Shown here piece after piece: positions 19,034 to 27,259 of a stretch of 64,000 bases of DNA. The translations under genes and the position numbers were made by a program. Source of the stretch: an uncultured Clostridia bacterium (GTDB lineage Bacteria; Bacillota; Clostridia; TANB77; CAG-508); assembly GCA_963556905.1 (NCBI GenBank), contig CAUWAY010000003.1, positions 920 through 64,919 of the forward strand. The letters run 5' to 3'. Each line of letters opens with the position of its first letter. The first letter of the stretch is position 1. Under the pieces are notes generated by a model. It made no database searches, was not told the origin of the DNA, and saw only the letters and a list, made by a program, of their open reading frames with translations.

Positions 19034-19427
19034 TTTCTACCTCCAGATAATCTTTTAACTTTTCAATAGCTTTATTTTTCAATTTACTCACTGCACTTTC
19101 AGTTATATTCATTCCATTTGCTATTTCTTTCAAATTTTTATTTTGGTAATAATACTGTATAATTACTTTTTTTTGTTTTTGAGTTAGCTTCTCTATTGCT
19201 CTTTCTAAATCTTCATTTTTACAGTCTTCTTCACTCAAAAAGGAATGAGTAAAATTGTCTACATTAGACAAAAATTCCCATTCCTCATTAGACATAGATA
19301 TTTCTTTATCTAGTAAGTATTTTTTATGCTTTAAATAATCAATTCTTTTATGTAATAATGCTATTCTCATATAATTTATATAATTAGCAAATACAATATC
19401 ATCTTTATATTCAATACTTTTTTCCAA
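19023..19427 (-). CDS. Sigma-70-family protein carrying regions 2.3/2.4 and 4 only (SigO-like subunit)
   Basis: 134 aa with a TTG start and a GGAGGT RBS. DDIVFANYINYMRIALLHKRIDYLKHKK is region 2.3-2.4-like. LTQKQKKVIIQYYYQNKNLKEIANGMNITESAVSKLKNKAIEKL is a region-4 HTH. Confidence 0.6.
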   Translation of the reverse strand: MEKSIEYKDDIVFANYINYMRIALLHKRIDYLKHKKYLLDKEISMSNEEWEFLSNVDNFTHSFLSEEDCKNEDLERAIEKLTQKQKKVIIQYYYQNKNLKEIANGMNITESAVSKLKNKAIEKLKDYLEVENEK

Positions 19428-19516
19428 TTTTTCTTACCTCCATTCAATTTTGTTTTTTATTGAACAGAGGTGGACTATGACAGCCACAACTAAAAAGTAA
19501 AAGAACGTTCATATAA

Positions 19517-19561
19517 AAAAAGAAGTCAATATTACTCTTTATAATCTTGACTTCTTTTTTT
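19517..19561. terminator. Palindromic rho-independent terminator upstream of the sigma pair
   Basis: AAGAAGTCAA-TATTACTCTTTATAATC-TTGACTTCTT with T-runs on both sides. Confidence 0.5.
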
Positions 19562-19951
19562 ATGTAATTATTGAAAAAAACTACCCCTCTTACTTTCACT
19601 AACATACTCCTTGTGTAGCGTAGAGTATGTACTTTGAAATAAATAGAACAACACTACACTAAAATATGATCTTATTTCACTTATCTTTGAGTAAATTAGT
19701 ATCTAGGTAGTTTATTTATTGGATTATTTTTTTCTAAAAATTAAAAACAAATATTGCTTTTGATTTTATCTTAAATTTATAACCCCTTTCCTTTCGTTTT
19801 TTGTACTTTCTTTTGTATTTACCTTTTTTGTTATATATTAACACTTTTAACACAAAAAATTTGTCGAAACTTGTAAAAGCACCAAATTTTTTTACAAAAT
19901 TTTACAACTTTCTTTTAATATTTACACTTTCTTATTCCTATAAATCACCTC

Positions 19952-19970
19952 TTGCACGATATTCGTGCAA
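19952..19970. promoter_or_regulatory. Operator palindrome TTGCACGA-TAT-TCGTGCAA (copy 1), overlapping the promoter of the XRE gene
   Basis: Perfect 8-bp inverted arms. A TATAAT sits 15 bp downstream, at 19985-19990. Confidence 0.5.
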
Positions 19971-20032
19971 GAAAATGAATTTTTTATAATAAAATTGGAA
20001 AAACTATATTTTAAAAGGAGGGAATGAGATAT

Positions 20033-20290
20033 ATGAAAACCAAAAGACTTAATTCTAAATCTAATATCATTGGAAAAAATGTAAAAAAATATAGAACAGC
20101 CAACAACTATACACAAGAAGAATTATGTCATAAATTAGACTTATTTGGTTTGAATTTATATCATTCTGATATTTATCTTATTGAATATAACAAACGAATT
20201 GTTAAAGATTATGAAGCTCTAGCTTTTGCTAAAGTTTTTAATATAAGTTTAGATGAACTTTATTCTGGAACAGAAAATGAATTAGAGTAA
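20033..20290 (+). CDS. XRE-family helix-turn-helix transcriptional regulator
   Basis: 85 aa from the second ATG (better RBS spacing). IIGKNVKKYRTANNYTQEELCHKL is a typical Cro/CI HTH. Confidence 0.8.
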   Translation: MKTKRLNSKSNIIGKNVKKYRTANNYTQEELCHKLDLFGLNLYHSDIYLIEYNKRIVKDYEALAFAKVFNISLDELYSGTENELE

Positions 20291-20303
20291 AAAATAATAA
20301 AAA

Positions 20304-20325
20304 TCCAGCTTTCACTGGATTTTTA
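20304..20325. terminator. Bidirectional terminator between convergent genes
   Basis: AAAAATCCAGCTTTCACTGGATTTTT. Confidence 0.5.
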
Positions 20326-20772
20326 TTATTTTTTGAAAAAGTTTACTATTTTTTTTATAATACTTTTTTCTTCAGTTAGTTTATTGTTAATTATTTCTTC
20401 TCTATCTTCTATTTGCGTAATTAATTCAATTTCATTAATTAGCTTTTCCATATCTACTGGTTTGCGATAGATATTTCTTACAGGTAAAGAATATAACTTT
20501 TTCATTACATCAGCACTAACACCTCCAGTAATAGCAATAAATTCTGGTACTTTCTCAAAGTCTTTTACAATTTCTATAACATCTACACCTGTTTTTTTAG
20601 GCATTTCTATATCAGTAATTACAACATCTGGAGAATATTGCATTATATATTTTAATTCTTCATCTCCATCATTTGCCACTCCAACTACCTCTATCTTATC
20701 ACTCTTTTTTATTTCATTTACAATATGTTCTAGTAAAACCTTATTGTCATCTGCTACAACTATTCTTATCAT
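20326..20772 (-). CDS. Stand-alone receiver (REC) domain protein, CheY/Spo0F-like
   Basis: 148 aa reading IRIVVADDN...PDVVITDIEMPKKTG...AITGG, with no output domain. Confidence 0.8.
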   Translation of the reverse strand: MIRIVVADDNKVLLEHIVNEIKKSDKIEVVGVANDGDEELKYIMQYSPDVVITDIEMPKKTGVDVIEIVKDFEKVPEFIAITGGVSADVMKKLYSLPVRNIYRKPVDMEKLINEIELITQIEDREEIINNKLTEEKSIIKKIVNFFKK

Positions 20773-20795
20773 AGTATTTTATCATCCTTTCTTTT

Positions 20796-20814
20796 TTGCA
20801 CGATATTCGTGCAA
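20796..20814. promoter_or_regulatory. Operator palindrome TTGCACGA-TAT-TCGTGCAA (copy 2), 24 bp upstream of the REC gene start
   Basis: This is an identical 19-mer to copy 1. Confidence 0.5.
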
Positions 20815-20832
20815 AAGTAAGCAAAAAAATTT

Positions 20833-21081
20833 TTATTTTGCTATTTTAAATATTTCTTGTATACATTTATCACATACTAAATGTCCTTTAAATTTTTTTC
20901 CTGCATTTTCACTATTACAAAATATACAATTTTCTACATATTTTTTTAATATTACTTTTTCTCCCTCAACAAATACTTCTAAAGGATCTTGCTCATAAAT
21001 CTCAAACTGACTTCTAATTTCTTTAGGAATTGTTATTCTGCCTAGCTCGTCAACTTTTCTTATAATTCCTGTACTTTTCAT
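20833..21081 (-). CDS. AbrB/SpoVT-family (swapped-hairpin) regulator with a C-terminal Cys4 zinc ribbon
   Basis: MKSTGIIRKVDELGRITIPKEIR matches the AbrB N-domain. The C-terminus has CIFC...CDKC. Confidence 0.75.
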   Translation of the reverse strand: MKSTGIIRKVDELGRITIPKEIRSQFEIYEQDPLEVFVEGEKVILKKYVENCIFCNSENAGKKFKGHLVCDKCIQEIFKIAK

Positions 21082-21179
21082 TTAATTACTCTCCTTTCAT
21101 AATTTTTCTTTATTATATATATTATACTATGTTTTCTCTCATTTTTCTGTCGAATTGTGTCATAAAAGCATAAAAACTT

Positions 21180-21292
21180 TACTTGAGTAAACTTTATTTT
21201 AAATTTTAACATATCTATTGTTTTACTTCAATAAACTACTTTACAAAAGTAAAGTTTTTTCAAAAACCTTTACTCGAGTAAATTATATTAAA
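21180..21292. promoter_or_regulatory. Cluster of three palindromes upstream of the second XRE gene
   Basis: The palindromes are TTTACTTGAGTAAA, CTTTACAAAAGTAAAG and TTTACTCGAGTAAA (perfect). A TATAAT lies at about 21307. Confidence 0.4.
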
Positions 21293-21318
21293 GTTACATC
21301 TTGCTATAATTTTTTTGG

Positions 21319-21564
21319 GTGAAAAAAATGAAACTTTCAGACGCTATAAGAAAAAGAATCAAAAATCTATTAAAAGAAAAGAATATGAAGCTATGGCATT
21401 TATATAAGAGAACTGGTATACCTATGTCTACACTTTCTGCTTTTATGAATGCTAAAAGAGAATTGCTCACTTTAAAAACTTTACTACATATTTGTGAGGG
21501 TTTTGAAGTTAGCTTGTCAGAATTTTTCCAAGATCCTTTATTTGATGATGTAGAACAAGATTAA
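21319..21564 (+). CDS. XRE-family HTH regulator
   Basis: 81 aa, KLSDAIRKRIKNLLKEKNMKLWHLYKRTGIPMSTLSAF. A terminator hairpin follows at 21569-21598. Confidence 0.7.
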   Translation: MKKMKLSDAIRKRIKNLLKEKNMKLWHLYKRTGIPMSTLSAFMNAKRELLTLKTLLHICEGFEVSLSEFFQDPLFDDVEQD

Positions 21565-21813
21565 AATAAAAACAATAGTTATTATGGCTATTGTTTTTAT
21601 TAATTAATAAATATAATTTGTATTATTCTTTAATATCTCTATTTATATGAGTTACATAAGTAACCGATAATGGCAAATAAATATGTTTATTCACTATAAT
21701 ATTTATTTTATTTGCTTCTTTACTAACTAAAATTACTTCATTAATTGCTTTGCTTATTTTAATTTTTGAATATAATATACTTATTGCATTATAAGTATAT
21801 CAATTACATCTTC

Positions 21814-22413
21814 TTCGCTATAACATTATAAATATGCCAGTGTTTCATTTTTCCTAATCCTGTCTTTCCATCTTTCTCAACTTCATTAAATTCTATTACT
21901 TCAAATGAGTTTTTAAATAATTCTAAAACTTGTTCTTTTGATAAAAACACCATTTGCTCTTTTACTTTTACCCATGAATCATTTAAACCAAAAAAATTTC
22001 CAACAAAGTAACCGTTCTTCTAAAATACTATCAGATATTTTATTCCAAAAGTCATTAAAATAATTTCTATTGCAAAATGGAATACTAAAATTAGCTACCA
22101 ATAAATTATTCTTCTCTAATTCTATATTTTCAAAATTTTGACACTTAAAATTAAATCTTTCTATTTCTTCATTGTCTAACTTACTGGTTATAAGTTCTCT
22201 AGTATCTTCTTTATCTATTGATAATACATTCCATCCGTTTTTTATTAAATATATTGTATCTCTACCTGCACCACACCCTAAGTCAACAGCATTTTTAGGT
22301 TTAATGTTCATATTTATAAATTTTTTAACCATTGGATGTGGTAAAGCATTTTCAGTATTTTCATAATATTTTTGTATATCTCCCATTAATATCAGTTCCT
22401 TTCCGTTTATCAA
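21814..22413 (-). pseudogene. TehB-like class I SAM-dependent methyltransferase, frameshifted at an A7 run near 22010-22020
   Basis: The N-terminal ORF has DLGCGAGRDTIYL (motif I). The C-terminal part ...KNGYFVGNFFGLNDSW... continues in another frame, to a stop at 21814. Confidence 0.55.
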
Positions 22414-22489
22414 CGATAATTATAACATATATTTCTATAAAAAGTAACAGGAGAGTGAAAATTTATTTTTTCACTCTCCTGTTGTGCTT

Positions 22490-23524
22490 TCAAAATTTTT
22501 TCCAGCACTGAGGATCTTTCGAATAAAAGTCACCAGTTAAACATTTGGCAACCGAAGGACAGCCTCTGCAAAAGTTCTTGATTTCACATTTGGAACAATG
22601 TTCGAACTTATCATACTGACGATATTTTTCCATTTCTTCTCCAGTAAAAATATCGTAGAAAGACTGTTCCGGAACTTTGCCAACAGGAGTTTCACTTCGT
22701 CTACAGGCATATACTGTTCCATCTGCCAAAGTTGTAATGTGGGTAATTCCACAATGACATCCATCAAGAACAAGGTCATTAGGATTGTTGACTTCCTCAG
22801 GATTAAATAATCCCTTCTCATAAAGATACAGTTTCCAAAGGTGGTCTTTTAATGCAAACCTTGTATCACATTCTTGGTTCTGCATATACTTTTCCCACAT
22901 TTTGTCCAGAAAATTTCTATATTCTTCTGGGGAAACCATCAAATCGAAGTCTTCTGGATTAGGACAATATCTTGCAAATCCAAAATTGCTAACTTTGTGT
23001 TCTACAACAATGTCTACCAGTTCCGGAATTTCCGCAATATTTGTCTTGGAAACGGTTGTCATAATAGCTGTTTTGATTTTGCTTCCCTCGAAATACTTTA
23101 ACGCATCTAAGGTCGCATCAAACGAGCCAGTTTTACGAATATAATCATGAGTTTCTTTCAATCCATCTAATGACATCTGAAAGTTAATACACCCTAAATC
23201 TTCCAGTCGTTTAACTACATCATAGTCTAAATGAAACGGATTGCCCAAAAGTCCGAAATGAACCTTCTTTTCTTTAAGGATTTCAAGGAAGTCCCAAATT
23301 CTTTCATAGAGCAACGGATCTCCACCTGTAATCACAAGAAAAGGATCTCTTTCCAGTTTATCACATGTCTGGAGAAAGTTCTCCAAAATTAATTTTAATG
23401 TGTCTAAATCGAGTTCAAGACCACATTTCTTGTCTTTTCCTTCATAGATGTAACAATGTTTACACCGCTGGTCACATCTGTCTGTAATATGCCATTGCAT
23501 ACTAAATTTCGTTCTTTCTGCCAT
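22490..23524 (-). CDS. Radical SAM / SPASM-domain peptide maturase
   Basis: CDQRCKHCY (CxxxCxxC) lies near the N-terminus. A C-terminal Cys cluster CSKCEIKNFCRGCPSV indicates a SPASM domain. The likely start is MAERTKF at 23524, with RBS AAAGGAGGA. The region is about 40% G+C against about 25% for flanks. Confidence 0.8.
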   Translation of the reverse strand: MAERTKFSMQWHITDRCDQRCKHCYIYEGKDKKCGLELDLDTLKLILENFLQTCDKLERDPFLVITGGDPLLYERIWDFLEILKEKKVHFGLLGNPFHLDYDVVKRLEDLGCINFQMSLDGLKETHDYIRKTGSFDATLDALKYFEGSKIKTAIMTTVSKTNIAEIPELVDIVVEHKVSNFGFARYCPNPEDFDLMVSPEEYRNFLDKMWEKYMQNQECDTRFALKDHLWKLYLYEKGLFNPEEVNNPNDLVLDGCHCGITHITTLADGTVYACRRSETPVGKVPEQSFYDIFTGEEMEKYRQYDKFEHCSKCEIKNFCRGCPSVAKCLTGDFYSKDPQCWKKF

Positions 23525-23547
23525 TACAAATCCTCCTTTTAGTGCAA

Positions 23548-23572
23548 GAGGCACCTCTAAAAGAGATGCCTC
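23548..23572 (-). promoter_or_regulatory. 10-bp hairpin between the precursor and maturase genes (possible attenuator)
   Basis: GAGGCATCTC-TTTTA-GAGGTGCCTC on the mRNA strand, between the precursor stop (23633) and the maturase RBS. Confidence 0.35.
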
Positions 23573-23632
23573 TGCTTTGTTGAAACTAATGTGTGTTGTC
23601 GACACTACACATTCTTAGTTCATCTCTCTGTA

Positions 23633-23848
23633 TTAGCTACAAGATGTACTACAAGATGTGCACGATCCACAAGAACTACTGCATGCCGAGCAACCGCTTG
23701 AGCAGTTACAGGAGCAATCTGCAGCAACTACTTTGACTCCAGCTCCAACTAATTTAGCCTTTGCAGACTTCATAAAGTTCTGAGCAGAGTTCTTCCCAAT
23801 GTAGTTTACACTAGGATTCCAATAATTTGTCCGTGTCATTTTGCTCAT
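23633..23848 (-). CDS. Cys/Ser-rich RiPP precursor peptide
   Basis: 71 aa. The leader is MSKMTRTNYWNPSVNYIGKNSAQNFMKSAKAKLVGAGVKVVAAD. The core is CSCNCSSGCSACSSSCGSCTSCSTSCS (9 Cys in 27 residues). The RBS is AGGAGAA. It lies directly upstream of the rSAM gene and shares its elevated G+C. Confidence 0.65.
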   Translation of the reverse strand: MSKMTRTNYWNPSVNYIGKNSAQNFMKSAKAKLVGAGVKVVAADCSCNCSSGCSACSSSCGSCTSCSTSCS

Positions 23849-24065
23849 AGTGTGTTCTCCTTTCTGTTAAATTTCAACGAGTTGCTTGGAACAATAATTA
23901 CTGCTCCAAATAATACATAAAAATGTACTACGGTTACATAATATCATATTTGGAATAATTTGTCAAGTTTATTCTGCAAATAAAATCCTATCCGTATTAC
24001 TAATGTTTATTCTAAATATAGCTATTATCTAATTTAAAATTTATTTGAACATAGCTAATTATATT

Positions 24066-24281
24066 TTACACATTCTTTATAAATGTTTCTAAAATATTAG
24101 AATATTGATTACTTAATTTAGGTATATCTCCATTTTTAGAACTATGTAACATTATAAATTCTTCTATGCTTCTTTCACATTTTCTTATTTCTTCTTTGCT
24201 ATAATCTCTATCTTCTACATTTATTCCTGCTTTTTTTAGCAACTTGATTTCTTCATTTCCAAATTCATTTTTTAAGTTCAT
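24066..24281 (-). CDS. Hypothetical small protein
   Basis: 71-aa ORF with no recognised motif. Confidence 0.35.
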   Translation of the reverse strand: MNLKNEFGNEEIKLLKKAGINVEDRDYSKEEIRKCERSIEEFIMLHSSKNGDIPKLSNQYSNILETFIKNV

Positions 24282-24296
24282 CTTTATTTTTCTCTC

Positions 24297-24560
24297 CTAT
24301 TCCTTAATTGCAACTAATAATTCATTGTCTTGTACTACTTTTTGTTGTTCTTTATATGTAAATCTTGCACCAGTAAAAAATACTTTATAATCTAAATTTT
24401 CTAATCTCGTTTTGCATAAAGCTAAAAATTCATCTGTTTGTTCTTCAGTTAGGTTATGTTTTATTCTTAATTCATAAAAAGTAAAGATAATTTTATTTTG
24501 CTCTACATTCATCTTGCTATTTATAAGTTTTTCTACAAATTGTGTTGTCATTGTTTTCAC
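24297..24560 (-). CDS. Hypothetical small protein
   Basis: 87-aa ORF with no recognised motif. Confidence 0.35.
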   Translation of the reverse strand: MKTMTTQFVEKLINSKMNVEQNKIIFTFYELRIKHNLTEEQTDEFLALCKTRLENLDYKVFFTGARFTYKEQQKVVQDNELLVAIKE

Positions 24561-24866
24561 TCCATTTCAATTTGAATTATAGCACTTATTCTTTGTTTTG
24601 TCTTTAAAAATCACAAAATAATAATAGAAATGATACTCATTATTTCTAACAAGTACCATTCCAATCTATTTTTTTATTTTTTCCTATAAATCACTTTATT
24701 TATTTGCCATTCTTCAATTTCTCTTTTATCTATCGTTTTCCCTTTATCATTTACTATTTCTGCATAATATTTATTCCTTTTGTATATTTCTAAAATGACT
24801 GCCTTATTTTTATCATTTAATTCTACTACATCAAACTTCTTTATTTTCATACTCTATCACATTCCT

Positions 24867-26487
24867 TTATTGATATGCCGGTGTTCCATAACCTAAAATA
24901 ACACTACTTCCAACATCATACACATTTTGTTTACACATATCTCCTCTAGTATTTCCTTCAATAGTATAAACTTTATTATTTTCTACTTTTTCTACAATAC
25001 CAACATGATCTGCTTTTCCATCATTTGAATCTGCCCAATCGAAGAAAATTATATCTCCGTGCTTTTGGTATATATCCTCTACTTTGCCATAATTCGCAAG
25101 TCTTAAACCAAGCAACTCCCTCACTTTCACATCCTGCAAATTTAGGTATTATTCCTGCCTCAATATAACCACATTCATTAGCACAAAAACTGACAAAACA
25201 AGCACACCATTCAACCCTAGATGAAAATCCATACCAACTCCAAAATGGTTGACCACCTATATTTCCTATATATTGTTTCGCCACTTCTACTATATCATTA
25301 CTACCTGCTGAAGAACCATATAACATATATGACCACATTGAATTATATTCTTCCTTTTGTAGTTCAGCAAGTTGTTGTTTTTGTTTTATATTCAAATTAT
25401 ACAATTCTATCATTTCTTGTACTGATTTACTCTTTACATCAATATGTAGCATTTTTATTTTTTTCTTTTCTTTTTTTATATTTCCGTTTTCATCTGTTGT
25501 TTCATATTCTTTTTCTATTTCACTTACACTTGAAGTTATTATATTCATTTTCCAGAATATTTCTTTAAGCTTGCCAATCTTATTATCATCTAATGTAATT
25601 ACATCTGTTTGTTCCTCTCCATTGCTTATTATTACGACATATAGTGAAATAATATCTTTCCACTCTGCTTTATTAGAACTGATCTGATACTCATTGTGTT
25701 CCGTATTTTTTTGAATATCTGCTATTTTATTTGTAAATTCTGTATTAAGTTCTCTTATAACAGAGCTCATTGTTTTTTCTCCTACATCTTTTTCATTTGA
25801 AAAGAAGATTCCAAAAATAGATGTGCATATCATAGCAATTAAGCAAATAACTATAATTACTACTACTGCCACCCAACCTCCTGCAATAATTGCTGAAATA
25901 AGTGCCTTTGTTGCCATAATTATAGCTTTTATTATTGCTATTGTTGTTTTTATTGCTATCTTTGTTGCTTGTATTGTAGCTTTTACAGCTTGTTTTGTCA
26001 TTTTTGCTGTTCTTTGAGCTAGTTTTACACTATTTTTTACCACTTGTTTTGTTGTCTTTATTGTTGTTTTTGCTGTTTTCCTTGTTGCTTTTACTGTATT
26101 TCTTGCTGATTTTACTGTGTTTTGAACTTTTTTTATACTTCTTTTTGCTTTGTTTATTGCAATTTTTCCTTTTTGTTTTACATTCTTTATTCCTTTCTCT
26201 GCCTTTTTTATTTGAGTTTTACCCTTTTTAATATTTTCTATTGTTTTTTGAAAATTTTGCTTTCCCTTTCTGTTTAATTGTGGTGTATTATATATAATAT
26301 CTTTCATTACACTATTTGCTTTGTTTTCTGCATATTCTTGTGCTGTATTTTCATTTTTTTCATAATTTTCTTTTGTTTTATCTCTTACACTTATTATATT
26401 TGATTTTAGGTTTTGACCTACTATCGTTGATCTATTAAGTTTCTTTATACTGGTTTCTTGTTTTTTCTTTGTTTTTATATCTGCCAT
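24867..26487 (-). pseudogene. Conjugation-associated cell-wall hydrolase with C-terminal CHAP domain, frameshifted near 25066-25072
   Basis: A Lys-rich repeat region is followed by a TM segment. The CHAP Cys region WCACFVSFC lies in one frame. GDIIFFDW...DHVGIV...TIEGNT lies in the next frame. Restoring one base gives PKAGDIIFFDW. The likely start is MADIKTKKKQ, with a GGAGGAA RBS. Confidence 0.7.
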
Positions 26488-26489
26488 TT

Positions 26490-27245
26490 CTATTCCTCCA
26501 ATTCTGTTTTTATTTTTTTTGCTACTACTACTAATCGCCCATCTTTGTTGGAATATTCGCAAGTAGATAATGTTATAAGTTTATCGCCATATTTTGCTGT
26601 ATTTTTTGTTTCATAAAAAGAAAGTTCTTTACATTTTTGTATAAATGTATCGAACTCCTGCTTTGAACTACTATTTACAAATTTATAATATTCAAAACCT
26701 GTATATGCAACTGTTTTAAATACTGCAACTATCTCATAATTTGCATTTTCATTTATTGTATTGAAACTTATTATTTTATGACTTTTATAAAATTCTTTCT
26801 TTTTATATTTTTCTAATTCTCCAAACATTTGATTATTCTTAATATGATGACCATATATAATAACATTATCACTTGTTTGTATATTACAATATTCAGCAAT
26901 ATAAGGTGTTCCTAATTGTGAATATTCTTTGTAAAAATTTTTTCTTAAATAATAATCTTTTCTACTATTTTTTGTCTGCATAACAGGATAACTTATATTT
27001 GTATTTTCTATTTTTAACCAACCTACAAAATCATTATTCAATTCATATAATTTTTTGAAATTTATAGTTTCTTTTTTTTGTTCTTTTTGTTCTTCTTCCC
27101 TGCTTTCTGTAATAATATTTTCTAGTTCTTCAAAAACTTCGTTTTGTTTTTTATCTTCTTTATAATTAATCATTATATAACTAATGCTAGTAACTAAACT
27201 AGCTACTAGCATTATAATTAAAAAAATATAGAACTTTTTATACAT
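26490..27245 (-). CDS. Class B sortase
   Basis: 251 aa. It has a signal/TM anchor, His (IIYGHH), the catalytic Cys in LSTCEY, and a conserved Arg (RLVVVAKK). Confidence 0.8.
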   Translation of the reverse strand: MYKKFYIFLIIMLVASLVTSISYIMINYKEDKKQNEVFEELENIITESREEEQKEQKKETINFKKLYELNNDFVGWLKIENTNISYPVMQTKNSRKDYYLRKNFYKEYSQLGTPYIAEYCNIQTSDNVIIYGHHIKNNQMFGELEKYKKKEFYKSHKIISFNTINENANYEIVAVFKTVAYTGFEYYKFVNSSSKQEFDTFIQKCKELSFYETKNTAKYGDKLITLSTCEYSNKDGRLVVVAKKIKTELEE

Positions 27246-27259
27246 ATTTCTACCTCTTT

